A stretch of 63,949 bases of DNA, filler included, from Choristocarpus tenellus KU-1152 (GCA_964200185.2; 12 parts of 12 records of this genome joined end to end with filler, not necessarily neighbours in it), one strand, 5' to 3'; shown: positions 37,705 through 51,138, numbered from the whole stretch's first letter. Program-made: numbers and translations. Notes: a model not told the origin generated them from the sequence alone.

Positions 37705-39103
37705 CTGACCAAGAAGGACAACATCTATTAGGGTTAGGGTTGTTAGGGTGAACCCTAACCCTAACATCAATTTCAAGGTTTGTGCGTTAAGTAACGCCTT
37801 CCAAGAGGAAAAGACCCTATGTTGTCACAGTCGCTATGGAGTGCCAAACAAGATCAAGATTTACTGTTGGTGAGACAAAAATGAAAACAAATGAAATAAA
37901 TAATTTTCCAAAATAAGAAAAAAACTTCATCAAAGGACATGACACACACACACACGGACAAAGGAAAAATGAAAAAAAAAACCTAACCCTAACCCCACAA
38001 TTTACAACTAGGAGGCTAAGCCAGAGGTTTAGGCGACAGTTAAACATGCTCTACATCAAGAATTGCTGTTAAGATAATATCTTAAGATGAATGCTGAAAA
38101 AAAGGGTGAGAGCTTCCCAGCACTGATTTGGGAAGATCGGCAGCAATGATCTAACCAATCAAATGGATAAGGACTTTTTTTGTTTTTTTGTTTTTTCCAG
38201 GAAAGTACCGATCCTTCACCACATTGACCACGAAATCGGTGATTGAATGGGGATTGGTGGCACATTGTCATGGCATCAAGGTTTTGAAGGAGAAGGTACA
38301 AGGCGTAACAAACATTCCGTGATTCACTTAATGGCTCCTTGCAAAGAGTAGACACAATTATCCGGCAACCAAAATTTGTCTCTTTTATTGGTCAAGGTCA
38401 AGGTCAAGGTCAAGAGAGTTACAACCAAAGAAACAGGAACTCGAGACACCACGGGATAGGATTAGGGTTAGGGTTTTGAGACATTGTGTGGTGGATGCAA
38501 GAAGAAGACTCAAACAGCTAAAAAAAATCAATAAAGATACATCAGTAAGGGGAAGATAGAGAATGGTACGCCAATCAAGGTACACCAATAAAGGTACACT
38601 GATAAAGGTATACCTTTATAAAGATATACTGATAAAGGTACACTGATAAAGGTATGCCAACAAAGGCGTTCAAAAAAACGACCCAGAACGGGTAACATCA
38701 ATCAATAAAATAATAAAATAATCTAGATAAAATATGCTTTCAATACAAAAAAATAGAATTCACACCAAAATATCAACAACTAACGTAAGTCACGTCAACA
38801 ACTAGCCCACAATAGGAGGGGGAGGGGCAGCACCAATTAACACTACAGAAACCAACCCTCTCTTTGAACTGAGCCACCCCAACCCCCCAAACCCCCCCTC
38901 CAAACCCCAAAAAGCCAAAAATAAACACCCACCCGTATTGGTAATGAATCCTTTTCCCCAGAAAAAACAAAGATNNNNNNNNNNNNNNNNNNNNNNNNNN
39001 NNNNNNNNNNNNNNNNNNTTAATTAATTAANNNNNNNNNNNNNNNNNNNNNNNNNNNNNNNNNNNNNNNNNNNNTTAAGCCGCGGGAGCTGCCGTTCTGT
39101 CGC

Positions 39104-39268
39104 GGGGGGGGGGGGGTCTACACCAGGGTGTCCATTCGGGCCATAACCAAGAGGAGTGCACTTACATTATCCATCCGACGCATGCAACCAAATCATCTAA
39201 AATCACAGCATGAAAAAATTGACCCCAAAAGGACAGCCGTCACTCCCCCCCCCCAGATACTTTGATCC
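39104..39268. mobile_element. MITE family B copy (reverse orientation, left terminus lost)
   Basis: GGGGTCTACACCAGGGTGTCCATTCGGGCC...CCCCAGATACTTTGATCC. Confidence 0.8.
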
Positions 39269-39615
39269 ACTTCAAGAGGTTACACATCATGAAGGTACTC
39301 AAACAGATCACATTCGGTGAAGACCGATTATATGTACACCAAGAGGTATACACCACTGGGTTCTCCATTATATGTAAGGGATTTCATTCCTCGGTAATAT
39401 TTCCTTTGCTACTGGGTTCTTCAAAGCAAGATCACTCAGAACGTAAATCCCATCCGAAAATGAACAAAAGAGGGTCACAAACTGTCGAGGGTCGAAGAAA
39501 CATGCCGAATTTCATAGGCTTGATCACCTGTTTGCTTCCCAGCAAATGTCACTCAAACAAAAACGATAACAGACATTCTTTTGACATTACAGATTTTATA
39601 TGCTCGTGGACAGAT

Positions 39616-39876
39616 GAGCCAAAGTATCTGAGAGGGTACGAATTTTGCCCTGTTTGTCCATTTGGGGCTTGGCTTCCCACGCGTTTTTAATTACATTTTT
39701 ATCTATCCCAAAATATTTCCGAGTAGGTAAAAATGTGTACGTTTTGAAAAGGAGTGTCCGGAACAAGGATATTGGCATCCCCTATCAAACATGATAGCCA
39801 AAATTACATCAAAATTGCAACATTGGATTTTGACCCTCAAATGGACCCGGCCCTACCCTCCAAGATACTTTGGCTC
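39616..39876. mobile_element. MITE family A copy
   Basis: GAGCCAAAGTATCTGAGAGGGTA...TACCCTCCAAGATACTTTGGCTC with perfect 4-bp TSD AGAT/AGAT. Confidence 0.9.
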
Positions 39877-39879
39877 AGA

Positions 39880-42230
39880 TGATGCTCCAACGACATCTTA
39901 GACTCAGAGCCATTTCCTGTAGATGTACAGGGACACCTCAACAAGCACGTGGCATTAGAGACATCCATAGAATCCTGAAGTGCGGGTGATAACACTATTT
40001 CTGACACAAGTAAAGGAGTCCTTTCGTGCTAGGCACAGGATTGAAGACAGGAACGGCCGTTGATTTGTCAGAAATTGACTTGTACATCACAAATCATCGG
40101 ATTTGATTTGTCTGACATGTGTACCTATTGTACTGGACGTACTCATGGTCCCTAAAAAAGAATGGGCCTGTGGAACGTGGGTGAAGTACACTTTACGCCA
40201 ATTACAGGTTCAATGATGTCAGAATGCAATCTTCTCACTCTTTATGGTCAGAGGCATCTGCTACATCTGCCTATCTGAGTAGTAAGGTCCCAACACCCAG
40301 CCTGGGTGGAGGTACACCATACTCTGCCTGGCATGGCAGTCCTCCCTCACTTAAACATCTACATGTGTTCAGAGTCTTTGTACACGTGGATTGGCACCAA
40401 GGAAAACTCAGACCAAAGGCTAGGGAGGTTTGCCTAGTGAGATACAATGGAGTGAAAGTATCTTGGAGGGTAGGAGTTTTGCCCTGTTTGCCCGTTTGGG
40501 GCGTTACTTCTCACGATTTTATTTATGATATTTTCCTATTCTGAAATGTTTCAGAGTAGATAAAATTTGTACTTTTGGATTAGGTATCATGTGTATGCCC
40601 AGAACAAGGATATTGATACTTCCTAGCAAACACAATGGCCAAAATTACGTCAAAATAGCAACATTGGCTTTCGACCCCCAAATGGACGCGGCTCTACCCT
40701 CAAAGACACATTGGCTCATGAGCAGAGTCGTACACAAGGCACATGCCGATAAGTCAATAAAACTACAACCTACACATGTAACACGGATTTTATAGAGTTC
40801 CCTCCTCGTCAACCTTCCAGGGGCAATGTGGACATTGAACAAGATAAGTTAAAGAAAAACACAGCAGAAAACAAGGACATTGATCCTTACTCGAAAATAT
40901 ACGATGATGAACCTACTGAGACGCTGGTCACGACACTTATGACTCCACCCACCTATGGTAGATGGGCGACAGGAAAGGGTTCTCGCTTATCTAAGCAACT
41001 ACATCGAAATACGTTACTCGTAAATGTGCTAATGTTTTTTTCATTGGGAGAGGTGAATCCAATTCTTACGGCCCATAATATCCTAGTGGGGGGTCAGGTG
41101 TTCATTTGGGGCCTTTGTGACCCTGTCTTTAATGATTTCCATGTTATTTGAGTAAACTTGTCAGATCTAAGGGCAATCTCCTTCATCTGGACACACCTTC
41201 CTTTCCAATCCCAGTCTGTATGGTCTCAAGCAATCTCCACAAGACACCGCTGAAACTAGGACTGGAATTGACAGTTTCTTATTTGTGTGCATATGTCAAG
41301 ATGAACCCAGATACATGTGTTATAGCAGTGTTTCTGAGTCTTTATGTGAATGATATAGGTATCACTGGCTCCTGCTCGGCACCTGTAATGCAGTTAAAAT
41401 CCAACTCAAGGAAAGGTATGAGGTGACGGAGCTGAGAAAGGTTTCCCTCATTGTGAAACTGTAGATTATTTGAGCCTCATAAGGGAAACTATGCCACACC
41501 TACCCATACTCAATTTAGTTCAGCCAACTGCAACAAGACTCATGCACGAGGCAACGGAAATCCATTAGCAAAAGACAAGGTTATGGTAAAAGAAGCTATA
41601 CGCAACTATTAAGAGATTTTTGGAAGTTTAATTCGTCTTGCTTGGAGCACAAAAGGCCTGATATTGCATTCAGAGTGATTTAGTTAGTCATACACAGGGA
41701 TACACCTTCTTTACAGAACAAGGCACAGCTAAATATTTGCGAGGTTTATTGAACGGTCTCTGGCTCTTCCTTTTGATATACAAGTCTAAGTCCACCAATC
41801 TGGTCGATTATGCTGATGCCAGCTTGGCAAAGGATTCTACTGTTATGAGATCAGCTCGAGGGTGCATATTCAACTGGCTGGTGCAGTAATTGCATGATAA
41901 TCAAAAGACTACCTATAGTGACGGCATCCACTAAAGATGCAAAGTACATTACTTTCGCAGCTGTGGCTCAAGAACCTATACATATATATATATCGGAGAA
42001 TACCTACACAAAGTAGGGTTTTCTGATCTTTCTGACATATGGATCGGAGAGGACAACTTGCAAAACATTCCATCTGATCAGTGACAACGCTCTCACAAGA
42101 TTTAACACATTTGAGTATGATGTCACTTCTCAACTAGTAGCTGAAGGGTGAATAGTACTCGAATATATAGGGACTAATGCTCCACTGGCAGACATACTGA
42201 CCTTGTTTTACCTTGTTTGTGGCATGACAA
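39880..42230 (+). mobile_element. Decayed Ty1/Copia pol (integrase - RT - RNase H), interrupted by a MITE
   Basis: Motifs in Copia order: LWSEASATSAYL..KVPT..LGGGTPY.AWHG.PP.LKHL.VF...KLRPKA (integrase/SH3), LSLYVNDI (YVDD-like), DYADASLAKD...RS..GCIF (RNase H). Many stops and frameshifts. Confidence 0.78.
40450..40717. mobile_element. MITE family A copy inserted in the Copia relic
   Basis: GAGTGAAAGTATCTTGGAGGGTA...TACCCTCAAAGACACATTGGCTC; flanks ATG/ATG. Confidence 0.85.
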
Positions 42231-42363
42231 CTCTTCAACAAACTGCAGAGTGGAATCCATGGTTTAAATAAATATTGACTGAATTGCCTAGTTACTCTTT
42301 GGTGTATCTCGTATCGCTTTACCACAACTACAACCTCATTCCCCAAAAATTTAACCCTACAAA

Positions 42364-42539
42364 GGCTCAAAATATCTTGGGAGGGGGGTGACTGTCCATT
42401 TGGAGCCCAATTTTCCATACCGCAATTTTTGGGTGATTTTGATGCATGTGTCGGATGGATAATGCAAGTGCACTTTTCCTGGCCAGGGCCAAAATGGACA
42501 CCCTGGTGTAGACCCCCCCCCCCCCTGATACTTTGAGCC
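42364..42539. mobile_element. MITE family B copy
   Basis: GGCTCAAAATATCTTGG...CTGATACTTTGAGCC; flanks AAA/AAA. Confidence 0.85.
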
Positions 42540-45299
42540 AAACCAAATGATTAGATCACAATATAGGTTGTACACGAAGGTACATTCCCTTGTCTACGTA
42601 AACACACCACCCATATCTGATTCAAAACCAGAACACCAATCCTTCGACTTCAGCATTCAAGTGGAATTGTGTAGTACCTTACCCCCTCACTCCATACAAG
42701 TTGTTTCCATGTCAACGTCCACCCCACCTATTTGTTGCGGTCTGACTCCGGTATAATACCAAAAAATGGCAGGGTGTTGAAAATAGAAGATCGTGTTTTG
42801 TTGTACGCAATTAAGAATGTGGTCAACTCGCATTTGCGATCTGCGTATTTCTAGTTTATTTCCGATTTCAGTATTCTACCATAGGGTAGAGTGTGCTCAT
42901 TGGATGGAAGTTTCATTTATAGTGTATCTGAGTAGCTGTGATGTTTGCTATCCAGAGTGGCACTTGAACTCCCTCACTTTCTCTCTTCCCCAACTACAAG
43001 GACAACAACGCGTAAAAAACTTCTCCAATTTGACCTACGACTCTAATACAGGTCACTTATTATCCTCGGAGATCGGAAAGTGTACTATGCCTTGTTCCAC
43101 CCTCCCTGATATGCATTTGTAGTCAGAACTCTACTACTAACCAACAGTTTTAGTTGATGGTGGTGGACTGATCAATTCGCTGAAGTCATACGCAGGATTC
43201 TCACCTCTTCCTGAAATGTGGTTGGTGCTTCGGGAAAATATGGTTGATGCAGGAATTCCACGTTTGTGCCCTAGCTACCACCTCTTTTCTGGTCGTCGCA
43301 GCAGAAATTGGACGAACAAAAGAGAGCAAAGTAGACTGTACTCGAGCAGGTACCACCTTCTATCCTGACCTCAAGAGATGCGTGGATACAACAACGAAAC
43401 AGGATCATTAGTACAGGATGGGGGAACACCCATACAGTGAAGTTTTCTTTTGGATTTGATCGCTATGTAGGCATGTACGTACTCTATGTAGCGGCTGTTC
43501 CCTTGAGGAACACAACATCGCATATAATGGACTATAGTGGGAGGAGAGACAATGTTTTTTCGTAAAGGCGTTTAAAGCTCTTTCTTCGCGTATGGTGAAG
43601 TGCAACCAGATGAGTCGTGTATCCTCTAGGGTGCCACAACTGAAGGTTTGTAGTGCCGCAAGCCCGATCATTGCAAGCAATATGCATCCATGCTGGGGGG
43701 CTAGCTACGTCTCCAAGAGTCATGCCTGATGTTGAAAGACAGAATTTTACCCTGTACCCTGCTTGCAGTGGATTGAATCCATACTCTACTACTGCGATTG
43801 TATTGTTCGAGAATTCAAATGACTCGCACAACACGAAGCAAGTATTCCCGAAGCAATGCCGCGACTTTGTATCGTGAGAGGTGGTACGCTGCTTACATAC
43901 CTCTTACTCTTCGTCACAATGATGTGTAACAAGCTAGGTAGGAAGGAGTGATTTTGTTATACTGAATAGGAATAGGTGTTGGGAAGAAGAAGGAGCGGAT
44001 TTCTCGTTGAGGTTTTCCACAATAGTTCCACCCCATATATCCTTCCAAAGACAATCTCATTTTCTTCCAATATTTCTGAATATTGTTGAGGAAAAGTATA
44101 TTAATGATTGCACTGTTTGTCGGGTTGTCAGGTGGGATGTCGCCATCGCACAAAATATCTCCAACTATACTTACAGATTGAGCACAATTTGTAGGCAGAA
44201 TCTTTAACTATTCTAATGTTGAAAAAGAGGATTCTCTCTATATGTACTTATCTCTAAATATCTAACGTATACGAGAATAGAATAGCTTGACTTCTTGTTT
44301 GTAGTGTTCTACGATTGTAATAATGGACAAATTGAAACCAGGGATAAAATTATGTGATAATGGTGGCAACACAATATACATATGGAGAAACATTCATATT
44401 CTACCCTAACCCCAATGTGGAAGAAACAATGAAAAATACAATATGTACATTATAAGTACTGTATAGGAGGAGTCTGGTTACGAATACACTATGTGTTGAG
44501 TCATGTTTTTGACTTTTTCAAATATATTCCTTCCATCCACCAAATTCTTTTCATAATTGAGGAGAAACAAACGCCATTTGTGTATGAACTCCTGTGGAAT
44601 TGTGAATGAGATGAAGATCCGAATTATATATAAAACATAATAATTTAATAAACATATCGACACTTTATCCCAGTCAATTTTGGGTCAAGCCCATCCTCAA
44701 TGAAAAGCTTCATCTTCAATTTTTGAAATCGGCTGTTGTAGGGAGGTATTATAACTTTTTTTTCACCAGAATAGAAAAGAATGAAGCCAAGGATTAAGTC
44801 GATGGTATAGCAGCCCTAGATTATTATGCAGCCTATTCGCGACCTCAACACCGAGGTTACAACTACTACTAATGCAGATGATTAGAAAGGGGACTCCATC
44901 TTAGGCATCGATTCACTCATCAATTGTGGGAGTGAATGAGCTCACGTTTCTTTCCCGAGGCCCTTGGCATTAATTAGCCATCGAAAACGCTAAGGAGATC
45001 CTGTTGTTGACATCACCAAGGACGTGTATGTAACTATGTAAATTTGTTTACGTAATATATTGTCATGTATTCTATGAGAGCAGTATTGGCCGTAGTAGTA
45101 GTAGTAGTAGTATTGTTATTGTTATTGTTATATTTTATTATTATGCCCTCTGACACTTTGCAGATGCGTCAGGGGGGAAACCAATGAAAACTATATATAT
45201 ATATTGTTATTGTTATTGTTATTGTTATTATTATGTACTATAGTTGTGATTGTAACTTCCTATATACCAATGTACACCTTCAATAGGGCCCGCCCGTAG

Positions 45300-46220
45300 A
45301 AGGTGTACCTCAATTTCTACATATGTTTTGTTTTGCTCACGAATTCTGGATTATTATTATTTTATTTTCTGTTTGCAATTCACCCATTTCCCTTTCCCTC
45401 CCCATTGTACCCCCACATATGACCACCCAGTGCAACCTCTTCACCACTGATTTCCCGCCCTCCCCCTCCTTTGCGATGACCAACCCCTCTTCCTCTTAGG
45501 CTCACTGCCTATTATTGTGTGGCTCCTCCCCATCCCTTTCAGCACTGATTGAATCGTGAAGTGTTGTGTGGGAAGTGGGAAGTTGAAAACCGTTTGTGGT
45601 AGTTCTGGATTGCTGAAATCTTTCCCTTACCTGTGCCTACCTAGTTTCCCTTACTCCCGCAACAACAACATATGAACTCTGCTAGAGCCTTCACTACGTC
45701 TAGTTTTCCACTTCTGGGGTCTAACCACCTACTCAATCCTCTATATGTACAGAACTCGGACCATTGAACCCAAGCTGTCTCATAACACTTCTGAGTAGAT
45801 GGCGCAACCGATCCTCTGGCGTACATGACTGCAAGGCACTCAAACATATCGTCCCCCCTTCTGAACCAAGGGGCTGTTCCTGCCAATCAACACGTGGACA
45901 AGTATGTTGGAGGTTAGATTAAGTGTTTCCTCTTTCCGATCTTGATATTCCATTTACCGGATCATTCTTTCTCCCATTAACGTGTTCTGCTGCGAATGGC
46001 GGTTCCCCTGCTACCTCTATATTTCCCCTTCTCATCAATCCTCCTGCCCTCCCATTTCTTGCCACCCCCACCCTTACAAACCAAGGCACTGTGCAGACTT
46101 GGTGTCTCATCTTCATAATACTGGGTCCCCCTTCTTTATCATTTTCCCTATCTACAATACCACTAACCCTGCATTCACTACCCTCTCCAACTAATCTAGT
46201 ACAATGATATACTCCCCCCC
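45300..46220 (-). mobile_element. DIRS/Ngaro-like tyrosine-recombinase retrotransposon relic (RNase H end plus recombinase N-terminus)
   Basis: RAGGLMR...AAEHVNGRKNDPVNGISR (HxxGxxNxxADxxSR RNase H end) is followed by SVAPSTQKCYETAWVQWSEFCTYRG...LAEFI...GKISAIQNYH (recombinase SAM-like domain). Confidence 0.7.
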
Positions 46221-46223
46221 TCT

Positions 46224-46445
46224 GAGTCAAAGTATCTTAGAGAGGGTAGAGCCGCGTCCGTTTCGGGGTTAAAATGCAATGTTGCGATTTTGATGTAATT
46301 TTGGCTATTGTGTTTGTTAGGAAGTGTCAATATCCTTGTTCCGAACACACCTTTTCATAAGGTACACATTCTACCTACTCCGGAATATTTGGAGTAGGAA
46401 AATGCCATTAAAAAAAACGTGGGAAGTCAAGCCCCTAATGGACAG
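46224..46445. mobile_element. MITE family A copy, right end truncated near the contig end (other partial copies at 31440-31505 and 61306-61348)
   Basis: Starts GAGTCAAAGTATCTTAGAGAGGGTAGAGCCGCGTCC, then the family A interior. Confidence 0.85.
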
Positions 46446-49400
46446 TTAAAGAAACTGGTGTTCCCAAGACTTATNNNNNNNNNNNNNNNNNNNNNNNNNN
46501 NNNNNNNNNNNNNNNNNNTTAATTAATTAANNNNNNNNNNNNNNNNNNNNNNNNNNNNNNNNNNNNNNNNNNNNATAGGGTCAGCGTAGAGGAGGGATAG
46601 GATGGTGCCGTGTGACGTCCTTATGGAGGGGGGGGGGAATACCTTTTGATATATTTCTGATAGTGTATGTACCTCCTACCACGGCTTTGTTTGTTGCTTT
46701 GATTAGTCTCAGATTGCATAATCCCTGCCCAATCACAAAGTTCGAAATTCATTCAACCCTAACTCTAACCCTAACCCTAACCCCAAGGTGTTTATTTATG
46801 CTCTTGAAGTGAGGTATTAGGTTATTGCTTTTGTTTTCCCCATTTTCGATCAGCAGTTAGATTCTGTATGTATGTGTTGCAGTGATCTCTGTATTTGTGT
46901 GTAGTCAGGAGTATTACAATAGCCTGTGCCCTATTTTTCCTATCGACATCACTCTGATCTTCACCCCTTTGCCCTCGTCTTTGGCTGTTATGGTGGTGAC
47001 TTGTACTTTTGTTTGCAGTCGCCTGGAGCCGGCTACGGACTGGGATTGGGCGGCCTAGGGCCAAGCCCTGGGTTGGGCCTGACGCCACTGATGACCAAAC
47101 TTTCTCCAGTGAAGGTGCAGTTGAACCTGAGCCTGTGGGTGGTATATTGGGCACCTGCTATACTGAAGAATCATACATATATATACTTTTTTGGGATCGT
47201 GATATGAAGTGATTTCCTGTGCCTTGTACATGTCCTATAGTCTCAAGTTGAACATGGAACTGGGAGCAGTATTTTTTTTATTATTGTTTCTGTTCTTGGA
47301 AATAAACTACTTTTAGCACTGTTGATGCCCCCCCCCCTTCTGGTATGGTACTGCATGATGTACTTGGACGTATATGCACACGTATGATGCATGCTACTAA
47401 TAGTGTATGGTGTTTATGTGCAATGACATATGGGGTTGGGGGGCTGTAAAGTTTGATGGAGTCACTCGGTAGGTGAGAAGGTCATAGAACAAGATTGAGT
47501 TTTAGTATTCTTATCTGCAGTGTGGTATGTTTTAGTTAGTGTTAGCGTTAAGGATGTGAGGGATACGTGGAACAGTGCTAAATTAGGTTGTGTATAATAT
47601 TTTATGGTTTCTAGTTTTTTGTTTCCTGTATTGAGTGTGGAAAAAAGAAGAAACTTGTCTTTGAACAACGAAGTAATGTTCTTGGTCCAAAGGTCGGTCG
47701 TCAGCCTGATGCTTCCAATGGTGTATAGATTGTTTGTCAGCGAATGCATTTCCCTTGACCCTTCACAGGCTGATCAAGATTTCTCATACAGTCTGTATGA
47801 CCACGAGGGTCTTACTGATCTGTTCGTGGGAGGATTGTCGGGGATGGGGCAGACTCGGAATGGCCTTCACACAGATGATTTGCAGGTTGGTTGGTCACCT
47901 TTGGGAGGGGTGTTTTGCATGGGAGTGGGTTTGCGGTGTCTGTGGTATACTTGGGTTGAGTTAGGGGGGGAAGGGGGAGTGGGTATGTAAGTGTCAGTTA
48001 CACATGGCTTGGATGACCCGTATAAAATCTCCAGAGCTCATCAACAGGAATGTGTGTAAGGGGCTTGTAACTTCCTTCTGAGCGAGTACATTTTGGTTAA
48101 TATAAAAAAAAATGTATAAAAAAATGGTGTGTTGGGATGTACAAATTTTTGTCTACGGCAATTGAGGTCTGAAGGAGAGGAGATCAACGCCTTCCTCAGT
48201 GATCCTTGTAGTGTCCTCTGTATACGTGGTATGATATCAACAGTCATCCTCTCTAGGCCCATTGTACACATGTTATACTTTATTAAATGAAAGTCGTACT
48301 CAAGAGTCAAAATGCTCTTTTTTTTCATCATTTTTTTATTTCTCCAGCAAATGTGTTTTATCTCGGGAGTGGATAATGTATTACCTGAATTTTTGGTAAT
48401 AGGGAAATGTGTTGGATGCTAAGGTGGTGGTCATTTTTTTTTACAATGTTCACAAGTGCCACAATATAGTTAGGTTAGGGATATCCTTTTCTATCTCTCC
48501 AGCTGATTTTGCTCACAGAATAGGCAGTGTCCCTCCTGATTCCTTCCTTGCAGTCTCCCCCTCCCCATTCCTCTCGTTCTAAATTCGTGTGATCCTTGGC
48601 TTTCTTCTTTGGATACTCAGTGAGGAGAGGAGTTCTGTAGTATTGCTGCCTGGCTAGTAGCGAGAATGTTTTCTTTTAATGTCAGTGAAACACACTTGAT
48701 GATTGTGCACTCATGAATGAATACACCTTGCTGTTCACCCCTTCCCCTCTCTCCTCCCCCTCCCCCTTTTCCCCCTTATTTTGGGTGTTTCTATGACCCT
48801 GGTCAGGCGGAAGGCATGCTTGATGCGTTTTATGATTCCCCGCGGCGTGAGGTCAAGTGAAACGAGACCTACAACAAAGGGGAGATGAAGCACACTTGAA
48901 TGAGCTCAAGGTTGTCTTGGGTTGGCAAATATGGTTGAATCTGGAGGGGGGCGGGCTCTACTGCTTGCCATGATTGAATTGCCCTTTGCTTCACACCTCA
49001 CCCCATCACATAGATTTGGTTTCAAGGCCTGTATGCAGAGGCATGAGGGCCTGATATCGATGTGAGAAAGAGCAACTCATGGTGTGGGTTGTCCCTACAT
49101 GCCTTTGATACACATTCCCCACTTCCCAATAAGTCTTGACTTCAAGATAGTTTTTGTGAAGTGGAGGGTGTGGTTTTGCATAACATTGTTGTTTTTGTAG
49201 TGGAGATATAGTGTTATGCTGACCCTGTGCTGCACTTCGTGCATGTTGGGTGGACTCCTCTTCCATCCCCCCACCGTGCTCCCCCCTTCCAAGTGGTGAC
49301 TGTAATGATGAATGACCTTTTGGTAGAGCCGGGCAAGGGTTGGCTTGTGGTTGGCTTGGGGATAGCAAGTGAGCTTGAGTAGTTGAGAGATTTGTTCATC

Positions 49401-51138
49401 TGCTTTTTGGCATTGTGTTGCAGGTGGGTATGCTTATTTTTTCATTCGCTGTGGATAGGTTAGGCAAAATGTGGACAAGTTAGGCACAATATGGGCGCCA
49501 AGGTTGCATTTTTGCTGGGGGAGACCGCCTGCTTCTTCATCATCGAGGAATACAGACTTTTCCTGAGATAGGATCAACAGTAGGAAGGAGTGAAATGGGG
49601 GTTTAGTTTTGTAAGTTGAGAGGGTGAAGATTGAAGTCACACATGGGAGTGATAGTCGATGTTCTTCCCATGGTATTACCATAGTGTATTCATTGATGTC
49701 TGGTAGAAGCTGTGGTAGCTCGACTGTCTGACAGATTTGTGGGCTGGACAATGCATAAAGGAGGAGTCTATAATACCATCTAGGGGTGCACTCTGCTAGT
49801 CCATGCTGCAAGAGTGGCCGAAATGTTTCTTTCCTGGGGTCCTATTTTATTTTCCCGAGATTGTGGTGCAATGGTGTGTGTGTGTGTGCGTGTGTTTTGT
49901 TGTATTTTCTGTTGAGGTGTGTTGTTTAGTTGTTTGAGGCTAATTGTGAGAGCTCCTGCCCTTCTTCGTTTATCTTTTTTTATTGAGACAGATGAGAAAA
50001 TGTGGAAATTGAGTCATGGCATTGGCCTTCTTGTTTGCTTAGCAAGTTGAGGGCCTGGCCCTCGCTTTGTTTTCCTTCAGAACTCCTCTGCATGGTTAAG
50101 CGTTGGTGTTGTTACTACTGCTTGGGCGGAGTTGTGTGGCTTTTGTTTTGATCTCTCTTGGATGGGATTGGGAGGGGTGGGGCAGGAGAAAGGGATACTA
50201 CTGTTCTGTTTTGACTTTAGAAAAGCCTCCTGCGGAAACCATGCTCTTTGGGAGGAGGATGGGGTGAAATGCAAGCCTCCAGCTTGCTGGTTCTTCTGTT
50301 TCTGTTTCGTTTGGCAGGTATGTTTGTTCCAAAAGTTACTAGTGCTCTTTTTTTGTTTTTCAGGTACGTTGGCGGTGCTGGTACTCATTGTACAAAAAAG
50401 TGCATAGCTCGAAACACTTTCAAGATATTATTTTGCAGACAGTACTTTTTTTTGTTTTTTTCTGGTTGTTGTGTGTTCAGCATTTGGTGTTTGTATCAAT
50501 CATTGTGTTCTTGTACGAGCTTAGTGCACGTATGCATACATGTTAACTGATTGGTGTGGCTAACATTAATATCACTGGACAATTCGTGTATGCCTCCTCT
50601 GTTCATATTGTTACTTGTGTATGTACTCCTTCCGTTAAAGGTCCTTGCTTGCTGAAATGATGTAGTTTCCCTTCTTGACTGCCTGCCCTTGATCCGCACT
50701 ATATGACATATCCAAGAATGTAACTATTTCTATTTTTTGTACAGGCTGTCTGCACTCCTTCAAATAGCACTTCTTTTGCTGAGATGGTCATTGTTCTGTT
50801 TTGATGCCTCAACCAATTGTGACAGATACAATAGTAGGTGTCCTTACACTCTGGAGGGTATACTCCTCATTCTTTGCGATGCATAGTGATCGTACATATA
50901 TGCTCTATCTCTACTGTAGTAATTCAGAGTAGTTGTTACTTTCCATGTACTGTCGGTGAGGATATTGTTCATCAATAGTATTACTACCTCTGTGCCATAA
51001 GTTTGTGTCGGGAAACATCTGGGCTCGTCGAGCGAGAACGGCACTGAATCCGACGATAACCCCACAGAATGAAATTGCGTCGAAAACCTCAGCTTTCAGA
51101 AAAAGTGGGGGTCTAGGATCATCAGGTACAAACTCGAG

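Larger units (their letters stand above)
32070..38475. repeat. Dispersed short (TTAGGG)n/(CCCTAA)n tracts in both orientations, in introns and flanks of the SET gene
   Basis: Many 2-4-unit tracts, e.g. 32070-32134, 34180-34200, 34725-34760, 34984-35038, 36277-36380, 36924-36938, 37413-37435, 37538-37560, 37728-37765. Scattered copies also occur elsewhere (789, 22531, 46755, 56143). Confidence 0.9.
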
